The notes below the pieces were generated by a model that saw only the letters and a list, made by a program, of their open reading frames with translations, did no database searches and was not told the origin of the DNA. A stretch of DNA of 64,000 nt from Amphiscolops sp. MND2022 (lineage: Eukaryota), in contig OZ076409.1 of the NCBI GenBank assembly GCA_964187785.1, forward strand, positions 5,644,001-5,708,000, in the 5' to 3' direction. How positions within the stretch are numbered: position 1 is the first letter of the stretch; every line of letters starts with the position of its first letter. This document shows positions 47,705 through 60,657 of this stretch, one piece after another. The translations under genes were made by a program, and so were the position numbers.

Positions 47705-50700
47705 CTACTCCAGCCCTATGTTCAGAATGGACACATACACGCGGTTATGCAGCACCACGTGAATGCCAGTGCCCTCCAGCAAATTCGTTAGGGTATGGTA
47801 TAAGTTTACCAATGAAAGGGCGGGTCGCTCTGGGTCCAGTATAGGTAGGTTCTCCATCAAACGCTGTATCAAGTGCATCATACGACGTAGGTAGTCGTCT
47901 GTGAGCAGCGGCGCACGCTGGTTTGCTCTGATTATTAGCAAGTGAATACTCTGATTGGGGTTTGGGTTGATATACATACAATACATTCTCCTTGCCGCAT
48001 TCTCGTAGCACGTACCGTAGGGCGGCTGAGTTGGTCTCTAGGTCAGCGGGACACGCTAACACCATATCACCTTCTACTTGAAGAAAATCAGTCACATCAT
48101 ATGAGAGGTGCTCTGTTGGGGCTGGATGCAGGATTCCCGGGTAGATAATCTCTCTCCCCGGCCCATTGTCGGCAGGCAAGCATACGCGGAGCGTACGCCC
48201 CTGGATTGCAGCCAGGTCTTGCCATACCGAGCGTGGCATCGCTCGATTATCACTGCTCGCCCTAACCCATGTGTCTAGGGTGCTCGAATCTCGAAAGTAT
48301 GAGTCCACTCGTCCAGCAATCTAATGCGAGGATAATTGGGGAAACAAGTGATGATCAGCTCCAACCACCACGCGAATTTCACTTTGCCACGATACCAGTC
48401 TATGATGTGGAAGCACAGTATCAAGTCCGCGGTAGTGAGGGTCCTCAGACCTTCCAAGCAGGACAGTAGGTGCAATGGCTCCACTATTGCCTCCACTCGT
48501 GGAGCAGTGACCAGCAACCACCAGTGCGGCGCTGGGCTGTATACTCCGCCCGGATCCACGTGAATTCCGTATTTGTCACAGAGAAGATCAGCGGTGATGC
48601 ATCGGACCATTTGCACAGGCTCCCGCTTGAAGTTGAAGGGTCCAAAGGCAATATTGCTGGGTAGTGGTGGCATCACCGTTGCGAGGGTGAACTCTAACCC
48701 TTTTCCGTCGCTAGTCCACTCCTTGAATCGAGGACATGGGGCCTTCGCTACTCCAGGTAGTGATAACTTCTCCAGGATAGTGTCCACGGGATGGTCTCCG
48801 TGTCGTTCCAGGGAGGAATAAGTCTTTTCAGCTCTCACCGTAAGGCGATGTACTAGATTTTCTCCCCGCTCTGGAGGGACTCCCCGGGCTCCAGTGGGAA
48901 CCCTCCGGTTCTCATTGACGGCTAGCAAGCAAACACAGTCTCGCCACCCACAGGTCCCGCACTTATAGCGTGGCTGCCGCCTGCTTCTCAGCTGGTATCG
49001 GGGGACCTCAGAAGTCTCGGTCGGTATTGCTGTTTCCGACGGCATTATTGTTGTTGTTTCTTTCTTCCTCGTTCTTGCCTTCGCTCTGACCTGCCTTTTT
49101 CGCGTTTTGGGTGGTCTCCCCCTCCCCCTTTTAAAAGAAGGAGCGGTCCCCGCTCCGGGCAATGTTGTGGAAAGAGTAGGGACATTGGACTGAGCGTCGT
49201 CACTCTCAGTGGCGGATTTCAGAGGAAGGGAAGGAGCGGCCGGCCAAATAGGATAGCTGTTGAGGAAACTCGTTAGTGATGGATTTGTCAGTAGTGGGGC
49301 CGATGTTCCCAGTAAGGAGGGCTGTTTTTCGGGAGAGGATATTCGTGGTAACGGAGAGCGCACGCGCTCATGGTCGGAGAATAGTTGGGGCAGATAATGG
49401 GTAGGTGATATTGATTGGTCTGAAGGGAGTTGGGGTTCGGGCTCCCTGCGATCAGCATCAACGGGATCAGGAGGTACCGGTAACATGATTTCGGACAACT
49501 CGTCGTCAGTGCCCGAGGTTGAGTAGTCGAATTGCTGGTAGTGCATGCGGGAACCTCCAGCACGTAACTTTGTGCGCAGACGGGTATCCATCCAATGTTG
49601 TTTGCGCGAAGGCAATGACACGTCAGATGCTTCTGAATGTAGTTGTTCAGTTTTATATGAAGGCCGGGACTTATCGTCGTCAACTGCTTCAATGGAACGT
49701 TCAGGGTCAGGGTCCATGAGTACCACTATTTCGCCGCTGTCCGCTTGCGCGGTGGCGAGCTCAAGGGGCCCACTATGATGAGGTTTCAGGCGCTCAAAAT
49801 GAACCTTTTGGCCTGTGTCCAATACGTAGACACGTCCTTCTTGAAAAACTTGCACTATTTTGTGCGGGCCACGCCAGGCGCGCATCAGTTTTGGAGAGCC
49901 TTTTTGCGGCACGTAGCGGCAAAAAACCCAGACAAGCTCTCCCGGCTGGTAAGCTCGTGCTCGGATAGCACGATCATATTTCAGTTTTTGGTGCAATTGG
50001 GCTTGGTGCGTGTTGCGCCGGACCAAGTCGTGAATTTCTTGTTGGCGAGCCAACACAAGATCCACGTATGCTTCATGCGTGTCGAAGGACTTGGCTGCAA
50101 ATTCGGGGTACAAAAAGGTGAGGGGAATTGCTTTCTCAACACCCCTTTTAACATAAAGGGCGAGAAGCCTGTAGTGGCGTGCCGGGTGGAATTATAGGCA
50201 CCGATTACTTCATCTAAGCACTGATCCCAGTCGCGCATGCGACGTGAGCAAAAGACTCGCAACAAGGTCAAAAGGGTGCGGTTTTGCCGTTCCACCAAGC
50301 CTTGAGTTCGCGGATGTCCGGCAGTGGAGGTCACCTTAGTGACGTGAGCTGCCTTTAGGAACTCATTAGAGACTTCGGCAGTGAGGTTTGGAGCATTGTC
50401 TGATTGCATGCGAGTGGGGTTGCCGTGGCGGGCAAACACTTCTGCAACAGCAATCGTGAGGTGGTTACTGCGTCATAGTCCTGGTGACTACAAGGGACTG
50501 CCTCTGCAAATTTAGAGAAATGGTCGATGATGACCAAAATGCCAGTGTTGTTTTTATCAGAGGGGCAGATTTTTAAGTGGTCATATTGGACCAACTCGTT
50601 GAAGTAGCCACTCTGAATGTTTTTCAATTGGAATCGTACGTCACCAGGCTTGTCACGTACTTGTTGGCAGGTGAGGCATTGGCCGACGTATCGACCGACA

Positions 50701-53039
50701 CGGCGCCGTATGCCGGGCCAGGTGTGGCGCTCTTGAATTCGAGCTACTACCTTTGAGATACCTTGGTGTCCCATTGCGTCGTGCGCACGGAACAGAATCT
50801 CGTGCTGGTACAGCTGAGGCATTATGATCATGCACGAACGTTCGTGCAGTGGGCGTTGGGTGGGGGAGTATTGCACGCAAAGGACATCATTCTTGTTTAT
50901 GAACAAGAGGTCCTTTTTCTGGCGGAAGTAATTACGTGCGAACTCACGCACGTTCTCGGGAAACACATCATTATCTAGGGATTCACACTGCACGAGCTTT
51001 TTCAGCGCTAGCACATGGACATCGCGGTTTTGGGCTAAAACCAAATCCTTGATCCCATGCACGGTGTGAGTGTGTTCATGGAGCTCGGTGTCTATGTCCT
51101 TGAGGGCCATGATCGACTCGCGCACGCCACCAGGAGAGTTCTGTAGCATGGCGTTACTCGTTCCCGTCACAGAATAGATGGTGCGCGAGGGGACATTTAC
51201 TGCATGTGTTGGCAGCAGGTAATCCCCACTCGCCTCAGTGGTGACGTCTATCCAGTCTTCAGGATAGTCTGGGTAGAAGTCTTCGTGTTTTTGCAGTACG
51301 GGTGGAGGCTGAGGCGGTAAAGGCGCGGCTAGCGCCTTTGCCTGTCGTTCTCGCTTGTTCGCTCGTTGCACACGGCGAAGCACACGGAGTGCTTGGTCAG
51401 GAGCCTTAGGCTCCAAGTTCTGCAGATGCGGTGGTAGGTCAGGATGATTTGGAATGATTCGACCTTGCAGGTCGAACCATGGGGCTATGGGGAGGTTGTC
51501 GAATTCCTCAGCGGAGAGGAAATTCCAACGCTCTCCATTAGCTGGCAGCTGCGCAAGCTGCTGTTCTCGGCATCGATAATCGTTGGTTCGTTTGCTCAAG
51601 CCATCAGCATTGCGGTGTTGCGTTCGTGGTCTGTGTTCCACGCGAAAGTGATACCTGTCCAGTGTCATAATCCAACGTCCAATCAATGCTTGGTCCGTGG
51701 AGTAGGTTTTCAACCAGGATAGGGCTTGGTTGTCGACTCTCAGGGTGAACTTTCGGGGACAAAGGTAGCTGTGGTACTTGAGGATGAAGTAGTAGGCAGC
51801 AAACATGTCCAGCTTGGGTGCCCCAAATTTGGCTTGGGTGGTGGTCAGTTTCTTGCTGCCGTATACGATCGATCGTAGGCGTCGCTCTCCTGGAGCTCCT
51901 TGCCACTGGTGTAGGATACCGGAAATGGCAACAGCGCTGGCATCTGTGTCCAGCACAAACTCTCCTTCGGAATTAGGCTGCGCGAGCGCAGTCGCCTCGA
52001 TCAATGCTGTCTTGATTTCGTTGAAGGCTTTCTGTTGGTCAGGACCCCATGCAAACGTGGCATTCAGTCCCGTAACGGCGTGGAGGGGCGCCACCAGCTT
52101 GGCATGCCACGGGATGAATTCACGATAATAATTGGCGAATCCCAGGAAACTTTGCATTTCAGTTTTGTTGCGGGGGATGTCCCAATCGCGCAGTTCGGCA
52201 ACAACTTTCGGGTCCGGTTTGACACCTTCTGCGGAGACCACGCGTCCCAGATATTTGATTTCTGGTTTCATGAAGTCGCATTTGGCTACGCGCATCTTGA
52301 AGCCAGCTTCGCGGAGGCATTCAAAAACCTCGCGCAAACGCGCCATGTGATCCTCCACAGTCTCAGTTGCTATAACTATGTCGTCGATGTATCCCATGAC
52401 CATGCTGCCTTTGCGATTGAGTATTTTTTGCAGCGCTCGCGCTATTGCTCGCTGGAAGGTGGCTGATGCATTGCACAAGCCAAATGGCATTCTTCGCCAT
52501 TCAAAGAGTCCCAACTCACAGGCAAAGGCTGTTTTGTGGCGGTCCGCCTTTCGCAAGGGAATTTGCCAGAAAGCCCAGGCAAGATCTATGCTGGTGTAGG
52601 TCTTTGCATTGCCCAGTCGCGCCAGGCTTTCATCGATACGGGGCAGGGGGTAGGCATCCTTAATGGTTACTTCATTCAGCGGTCGGAAGTCACAGCAAAA
52701 ACGTAACTCCCCGCTTTTCTTTTTCACCATTACGATACCATTTGCCCATGGGGACAGTGAAGGTTTTATCATCCCTAAGGCCAATAAGCTCCGAACCTCC
52801 TGGTTGGCTCGTTCAGCCTTTTCGGGGGACATTCTGCGAGCACCTTCACGGTGCGGTACAGCCTCAGGCTCTACATCTATGGTGTGTTTAGCAATGGTAC
52901 AGCGGCCAATATCCGCCTTGCGTTTCATGAATAGGTCGTCAAACTCGTTAAGAATGTTGTCTAAGGACTCGCAGGCGCTAGCGCCCCAGAGTTTTTTGAC
53001 TTCTTGCAATTGAGAATCGGGCCCAGGGATCGGGGCCAA
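47705..53039 (-). pseudogene. pol: pol of element C: RT, RNase H, integrase and a long C-terminal extension
   Basis: MPFGLCNA, YIDD, LDTDAS, VDNQAL, NADGLS; H-x4-H...CLTC; IIDHFSK, SDNAP, QGLVERQN, WRGPH. Confidence 0.95.
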
Positions 53040-56000
53040 TAGGTCGGGATCGGTTCGCTTGCGAATCTCGCGCTCCGAAAGCCCGCTTCACTTGGATCCG
53101 TCGAAGACAAAAACTCAAATTCAGATGAAGAAGTTAACTCAGAAGCAGTGGATAGATTCATTTCACTGTACACTTTATAAACAAAATTTGCTCGACTGTT
53201 GTCGGCTTCAGTTTTGTGGTCAGCTTCCACAGTAGCATCCAGCTTTTGGGGCACAGCCTGGTATACTAGAGACACAGGCACTACCGTGCCTAGGTGGGCA
53301 CCACATCGTACACGCTGCTGGTTGCTGGTGAGGTTTACCAGGCTCACATACAGTGTTCCTGTCTCACTGACAGTGGCCACGCTGTCCTGGGTGTGTGCAT
53401 GATGCCAGACGGGCTTCACGGGTGCTCGCACCACTATCTTCATGGAGGTTAGATCTACCAAGACTTGGTAGGAACGGAGGAAGTTTCTACCCAACAGAAA
53501 GTCCTCCACGCCCATTGCGTCATCTACCACGACGAAATTGGTTTCGAGTTCATACCCTCCCAACTGGAAGCGTATCTGCTCAGCCAACCCGAAAGTCTTT
53601 ATTGTATTCCCATTGGCAGCGTACAAATCAATTGGATAGGGTTTCAGGACCACTCCGGTCCGTGCAGCTACCCGGTTGAAGGCGGAGAAGGTTAGTATGG
53701 ATACTCCGGAACCAGTGTCCACCAGGCCTCGCTGTGGAATAGGTGCCGCATGGGGCACCACAAAGGAGACAACGAGCGACGCACGCTCATCTATTCGCGC
53801 TTCCCCGGTGGGTTCTTGGTGGTTGATATTATAGCATTTCAGCTCTTGAGGTCCCAAGCATAAGCCGGGTGGGAATACATCTACCACCACACAGGCCTCG
53901 AATTTCACGTCCACGCCGTCCATCGTTGCGCAGACTGGTACTGGCGAGTATGTAGTAAGGGTCTCCGACTCTCCAGGGACGTGCCACTGTTTTGAGCGGG
54001 GCAATTCCATCCGGTTATAGAGGACAGATAGCTCAACCCAGAATTTCGCCAAGGTTAGCGTTGGTCTACGCACCTGCTCGGCTGCCAGCATAAGATGAAT
54101 CGAGATCAACGTTCTCCCTTGTGGATCGAACCTGGTAGGCTCCAAGCACGTCTGAATCTGCTTTGTCCCACATGTAACTATCAGTGGGGGGTGAAACGCT
54201 GGGGGCTCCGCTGGGTGTAGCATTAATACGCGATCATCTTCCAGGGGTACCGTGTGGGCGGCCACACCAGCGGATTCCACCTCGGCCCATCGATTGTAGG
54301 CCAATTCATCATTAGGCCTCGGAGCTTGAGAATGCTCACTACAGGGGACATCCACATGGTCATAGACTCCACAGTGCGCACACTGATGAATGCCTGGATA
54401 GCTCTCCAACACGCCATCAGTTACGTCTTCAGCAGTGACTTTCACGCCTTCTGGTTCAGGAGCTGCCACTGGTTTGCGAGCTTGATCACGGGTGGGACAG
54501 TCCCGGGCAAAATGCCCAGCTTGTCCGCAATTATAGCACGCGCCAACGGGCAGGCGTGCCGCAGGCTGCACTGCTGCTTGATTGGGGGGAGCATTACTCG
54601 CAGGTGGGGGAGGCATTACTCCTTGTGGTAACACCATTTTGTTGGGGGGTAGTGGCGCGAAGGGATGAGGTCGAGACCTCATTGCTAGTCTGGGGTCATA
54701 GGGTTGAGGGAATTGGTTAGGTTTGGGACGGTTGCGCTGCAATTGGCGGGTGGTGAAGCGGAGGGATTCCACCGTAGGTGGCTCGGTCAGGAAGACTTCC
54801 GAGGCATACACTATGGCCAGCTCCCGCCTCAGCGCTGGGTTTCGTACACCTTCCATGAAGCGCTGGAGGATTTCATAGCGCTTGGTGGTGATTGTCTCTT
54901 GCGGAAATCCTTGACTCCGAAGACCCTCTAGAGCGTCCAAATACTGCATCCAGTCTTCTTTCTCATGTTGAATGCGGGTCTGGAAAGCTTGTCGTACTTG
55001 CATACGATTTCCTCCAGCGCCGAAGCGGCTGGATAACAATTCGAACACCTTCGCGGGGGTGTCACGTTCGAATTCCGCTTTGTTGATGATGTAGTTGCGG
55101 GCTTCACCTTCAAGGTGACCGATGATGCTCCAGGCCTGGTCCTCGGCTGAGACCTTGGTTTGCGTTCTCTTCAGGTATCTCTGCATAATAAGGATCCACC
55201 CATCAATGGATCCGTCTTTAGAACCGCGATATACATTGGGTCTCGCCTGAGCCAAGTCTCTGCCGGCGAGTAAGGGCGCTAACTCTTTTGACATCGCCTT
55301 TGATATGGCGGCCGTGAATCTCAGCTACTCGGGGGATATGGCTTCTCCTTCATCGGCCTTGGCCTCCCCCTCGCGTGTCCTGTCATGACTACCAAGAGGG
55401 GCTTGTATCGACAGGTCAGCGATTTCGTCCTTTTTACGAGTGCTGCTAGCACAGGGAGTGCCCGAGGGCAGTCCATGTTCGGCTGACAAGTCTGCGGTCC
55501 AGTATAAGGAATCTGGTCCTGACATCGAAATGGGGGCAGTTGCAAACGTTGCTCCCTCGGTTTGAGAGCCTAGGGTTGCTTTGGTGTTAGATAGGTCGAC
55601 TTCAACCGAGGAATCAAGATAAATGGTCGACATCGGGTCCACGCCTTGATCTCGAGTGGTGCTCTGGATTGCAGAAGGCATCGATGATTCTGCTGAGTCG
55701 TGATGTCCCCTCATCTGCACTCGTGCAGGCTTGCGCTCTGCCTCAGGCGTGGCTATCACCAAATTTCCGGCTACTCCTTCATCTTTCCGGGGCGCAGGCA
55801 CTGCCGGCCTGGAAGTGCTAGGCTTTAGCGCGCTCGGCAGTTCCGACTTCACTACCTGGCTCGGGCACGTCGGCTCCGCGATACGGACTGGGCCTCCATT
55901 CCGCACGCCTCCACTTGCACTGGGCTGCCGCGGGAGTGACCTCTCACGCCTCATGACATCAATGGCATTGAGTACCGTGTGCATCTGATTGCTTAAGTCG

Positions 56001-56801
56001 TTGATCTGCGTTTCCACGCGCAACTCGCGAGCCATCAACGTGTCATTCATCTCTCCTATCCGGTGACCCAATGAGTCCACTCGAGCATTTTGCACATTCT
56101 GCGCGGTACGCAATTGATCGCTGACCTGCAGGCCCTCACGCATCGTCGTCTGCATCACTTTAATGTTCTCCACGATGGCAAGATGTTGCTAATTGCATTC
56201 TGGCCAGACCTGCTAGGGCCCGTTGGATTTCGGCTTGGGCATCCAGTAGCGCTGCCTTGTATACTGAAGACCGTTGCGACGAGGCCAGTGAGCCTGTCAT
56301 ACTCCTGACACGAGATACCTCTTGACGTGGCTCGCCTACCTGTAGTATGGGTGGTCGCACCTTCTTGTGCTTCCCGTAGGCTCAGAACCGGGTAGGTCCT
56401 CGAGTGGCCCCGAGTCCTCGCTGTCGCGCGTAACTCATGCCCCCCACATAAGTGAGGTCCTGCTCTATTTCGGTCTGTGAGCCAAGTTGTCTCTCTCCAG
56501 CCGGGGGTGCGCGCGAGCACCCTTCCTCAGCCGCCAATTCATCGGTTGCATTCGAATTGGGCCAGCCCTCTTCCACTTCATTGGCTCTATCGCGGCAAGT
56601 TTCGTCGACCCACTGCTCGGTTCGGCGTGAACTTCCAGAAACACTGGAGTTCTCTGAGGGAGGAACCATAGCGGCCAATTCCTCTTTTCGCTGTTGTTCG
56701 ATAGTGACTTCGTCAGACATGTCGTCTGAAAAACGCGAACCCTCTATCGTGACCCATGATTGTGAACCGGTATGGGGCACCGCCATCGGTTCGGTGGCCA
56801 A
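52961..56801 (-). pseudogene. gag: gag and protease of element C (frameshifted)
   Basis: HLEGEARNY capsid-like motif; CYNCGQAGHFARDC knuckle; LVDTGSG...FLLGRNFL protease. Confidence 0.9.
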
Positions 56802-58023
56802 CGCGTTAATCAGTAACGATCGAGTTACCGCTCACGATTACTCGGAAGACTCAAAATTGGGTCTCCGAACGCACCAGGGTCTTCAATTGGAAGCTGATCC
56901 CTTGGTCGTCCCGGTGAGCACTTAGGAAATTTTGATGGTATTCAACGTTCTAGATTTTTCGAAACACGTTCTAGAGCTCGTAGGCTGTTCAAATTTGCAC
57001 AGCGCTTTCCCACAAGCACACTGAGCTAGAAAATCAACCTGGTTTAGGGCCAAGAGTCTCCGGTCACTCACAGGAAGAATTTCAAAGAAATTTTTTGATT
57101 TTCCAAAAATCGCACAACAGCACTCAACAGGCTCGTGTGTGCGCTAGAAGCGCGGTATCAAGCCCAAAATTGACCAGCAGATTTTAGGTACACGTAGGTT
57201 TACGAAAATGAACGTAGTTTTGAGCTGCGCCCCTTCTACACGGTTTCACCTAGGTACAGACGTGCGGTACCTCTATGTACCGAAATGCACTGTTTTTCAC
57301 GTCTTTTTCAAGATTGCGGTCCACTGGAAAGACCTAGCAAGCTCAAATTCTCTGCAGCAACGTAGGAACTAGCACAGGTTACGATGATGGGCTGCAATAT
57401 GGCCCCACCTGTCGGCTAAGGTGCCCGGGTTACTCGGAAAAATTAAGAAAAAACTGCCTTTTTGCGTACCTTTTTGGGTGCCACGTTTTTCCTATTTTCT
57501 CAACAAGTATCACACAGATCGGCACCAAACTTGGTAGTTTATGCCAGTGGGCACCTACAATGCCACTAAAATGGTCGATTTGAAGCGCGAGCGCTTATTT
57601 GAGGTTTCGACCCACTATGCACGTTTTACACGAAAAAACACTGTTTTTGACGACTTTTCTCACAATTTGACCAAGAGGATCACCTCAGGAAGTGGTACGG
57701 CGGGTAAAATGGGACCAGCGTGTTGCCCCACTATCCGTAGCACTGGGATAAACCCTCAATTGGTTGTGCCCGTTAGGTATAAGGCACTGACAATCCTGCA
57801 GTTTTGGATTTTTTTGGCTTTTTTGTGCTTTTCTGAAGTCGAAACGTCAGAGAGCTTTTCTCGACTTTGGTGAGCGGTACGCTCGCCAAATTCTCGGCAC
57901 TAACGTTAATTTTTGTGGTGGTTACGACAATGCAACCACCTTTTGGCTAGGGTTCAGGAATCGATGACCCGACCCTAGCTCAGAGACAGTCCGGTTTAGT
58001 GGAAAATTGATCAAATTCAGTGC

Positions 58024-58310
58024 GTTTTTCCACTTTTCTCAGCACTGAATGGGAGTTTTTTCACGCGGTTTTCACCACAATGCGTTGTTTTTATTATAAA
58101 AACAGAAAATGAGAGCGCGCGGGCTCCCCGGTCTCGAAAACACTGAGTGCCCCAGAGGTTTTAATGATGCACTCTGGCACTCCTGAAACTGGCCAAAAAT
58201 CGAGGTTTTTCAACTTTTCTCAACGCTGAAAAGGAAGTTTTGCACGCGGTTTTCACCACAATGCGTTGTTTTTGCTGCTAAAATCGGAAATGAGAGCGCT
58301 CGAGCCCGCT
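58024..58310. repeat. Imperfect ~180-bp-period direct duplication in the leader of C
   Basis: cacgcggttttcaccacaatgcgttgttttt...aaatgagagcgc occurs at ~58062 and ~58243. Confidence 0.8.
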
Positions 58311-59480
58311 CTCTCCGAACAAGCTTCACTCTGGGTGTTTTTGGTTAATGCACTTTCTCTGCTCGAAGATGCCAAAAATCACGAGTTTTTCGCACTGTAT
58401 CAGCCCCAGGATGCCTGAGTCCGCTACCAAAAGTTGCAATTAGTATTCTGAGGGTCAACTACACTTGGGATAGTGCCGTACACTGTCCTTTTACACTTCC
58501 ATACTCGTGTACGTTCACATTTTGGGTGCCTTTTTGGCCAAATTCCCCATTTTTTCCACATTTTTTGGCATCAAATTGGCACTTTTATCACAATCAAAGG
58601 CTTCAATCTCGCCTTTCGTGCCTTGTGCCGGCTTCCTCGAGCCTTGCAGCTGCTTTTTCAAAACTTCCTACCAAACTTTCTTGGCTTCTGTGAGCACTAG
58701 TGCTCGAAACCAAGAAAAATACCAAAAAAAAACGCAAAAATGAGGTTTTTTCTCCAAGTGCTATCTTTTTCGCAGAAAAGCACTTCGTAGGGTGTCGTTA
58801 CATTTATAGTAGAACGTCACTGACCTGCACCAACGATTCTCCATCGAAAGAGGTGTATTTTCAAAATTATCGCCAACCATACTCCATCTGATCGACTCAT
58901 CTGGTCATCGGGGGTGCATCTTCACCACGTTATTTCTCCACATCTAGACCAGACAGAAACACGCGGGTGGGACCATTAGCACCGTCTGTCGTTGCACTTG
59001 CTGTCCACCAAAAACCATGCCTCTATGACGTCTCCACGAGAAATGGGAATAGGAAGTAGGCAACACAAGATTTGTCCCCTTCTTCGCCTCGCTGGAGTAT
59101 GGTCAACCATCCATCCGGTACTCTCTTGCATGGCATAAAATGGCTGAAAATAGCTCAAAAACCCTGTTAGACACCCGTAGCCACGTGCTACGGTCCTCTA
59201 CACCTGCAAAAGGGTACCCGCTGATGGGTACACAACACATCACACATAAAGAGCGATTTCCTTCTAAAATTCCCAAAAATACCATTTTCGCACCTGAAAA
59301 CACGTTTTCTTCGGCATTTTCTCTGGTTCAACGCCTCTCCCAGTTCCAGTAGGACGTAATGCGACTAAAAAGAGGTGAAACTCTGCTTCTCTCTCCTGTC
59401 CAGAGTCGAAAACGGGCTTGGCGCTGATCACCAGGGGGCCAGATCTTTTAAAAACCGCTAGGGAAAGCTTCCCAAGACGA

Positions 59481-59497
59481 TCCCTCTGTGGTCGCCA
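59481..59497 (-). promoter_or_regulatory. Primer-binding site of element C (tRNA-Arg-like)
   Basis: TGGCGACCACAGAGGGA, complementary to ...GTGGTCGCCA, an end typical of metazoan tRNA-Arg. Confidence 0.75.
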
Positions 59498-59512
59498 AAA
59501 AATGAGTTTCTA

Positions 59513-60242
59513 TGTAACGATAAGCGCTGGCGCTTGAACCGCAACGTAGAGTGGAGGAACTAGAACAGCGAATATAATCTGGGACCTAGATCTCCGCGGC
59601 CCTAGCTCATTTTCCCTCCGAAGGAGCCAGTCCCAAGGTGGGGGAACCGTCTTGTAGGACGCTCTCTGGCCTGGTCCTAGTCTGTAACTGCTAAAAGTAA
59701 CAGGCATCTTGCAAGACTCAAGACCACTGCTCAACTAGCCTTTAAAAATTGGGCTGAAAATCGATGAAGGTTGAACCGTAACATTGGAGAACCTGATAAA
59801 ATCGCCAAATTGGATAAACAGATGTTAAACAACAGCTCTCGAGCATTTTAATCTAGCACATCGAAAAATACAACAAGAAATCAAGAGTTCAGAGTCATTT
59901 GATGAAAATTGACCTCAGGTTCCCAGCGCTAGCACTAGTTGCCACACAGGATACCGCAGGGATACTCAGGCGAACATCTGGAACACTGGTTTCCTTTACT
60001 GTAGTAATGGATATCTCCTAGAGATTGACACAATACCGTGTTCTGTATGCGTTGGGGACGTCTTTTTAGTCGTCTCCGGTGCTTGTTCGTCGCGAGCGGC
60101 GATTTCTGCTTTTCTGGGGTGCTTTTTCTGGCAGGTACTTCGTCTTGAGCATGTTTGAGTGCTACGTCAAATTTGAACGAATTTCTGACAAATTTTTCTA
60201 AACATGTCGGTTGATATTGCTGTACCAGAGCTTGCCGTTACA
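59513..60242 (-). repeat. 5' LTR of element C
   Basis: Matches 41636-42365. Confidence 0.97.
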
Positions 60243-60397
60243 ATGAATCTAAGAAGCTTGTTACAGGATATATTAAGTGAAGTTTCTTCTAGAATAATTA
60301 GCTTTCAAATGAGATTACCTTTACTAATTACTTTGGAAAAGAGTTCTGAGTATTTCAGACTTGTAGAATCTTTGCGGACATGCATCATGGCATCACA
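60243..60397 (-). repeat. 5' LTR of element A, second fragment
   Basis: Matches ~6582-6736 and is followed by the CATC TSD. Confidence 0.93.
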
Positions 60398-60657
60398 CAT
60401 CTCCACTGGTAACGCAAAGAACGTTAGTTTACTGACTCTTCGTTGATTTTTTGAGTACTACACAAAGTCGAATGCCCTTCCTCTAAATCTAATTAAAACA
60501 TGAATCGATTCCAGACCAAACTATGGTCAAAAATATCGGAAGTTTCGAATTGTGACACATATTCCACGATAACTCGACAAACATTCATCAAAAATTGAGC
60601 GTTTGCTAGCGTTTACACAGATAAAGTTTCTGGCGAACGAAATGATATCGATATCCG

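Larger units (their letters stand above)
41636..60242 (-). mobile_element. Element C: 18.6-kb GC-rich Ty3/Gypsy element with an extended pol and a large extra 3' ORF
   Basis: 730-bp TGTAAC...GTTACA LTRs with ~10 mismatches by eye; PBS; PPT; gag-PR-RT-RH-IN order. Confidence 0.97.
6277..60397 (-). mobile_element. Element A: env-bearing Ty3/Gypsy LTR retroelement (~18.2 kb net), host of three nested insertions
   Basis: TG...CA LTRs; TSD CATC at 6273-6276 and 60398-60401; PBS; gag-PR-RT-RH-IN order; env. Confidence 0.93.

Noticed and set aside
43156..56925. Many plus-strand ORFs within element C
   Set aside because: Antisense shadows of GC-rich coding sequence with no recognisable motifs
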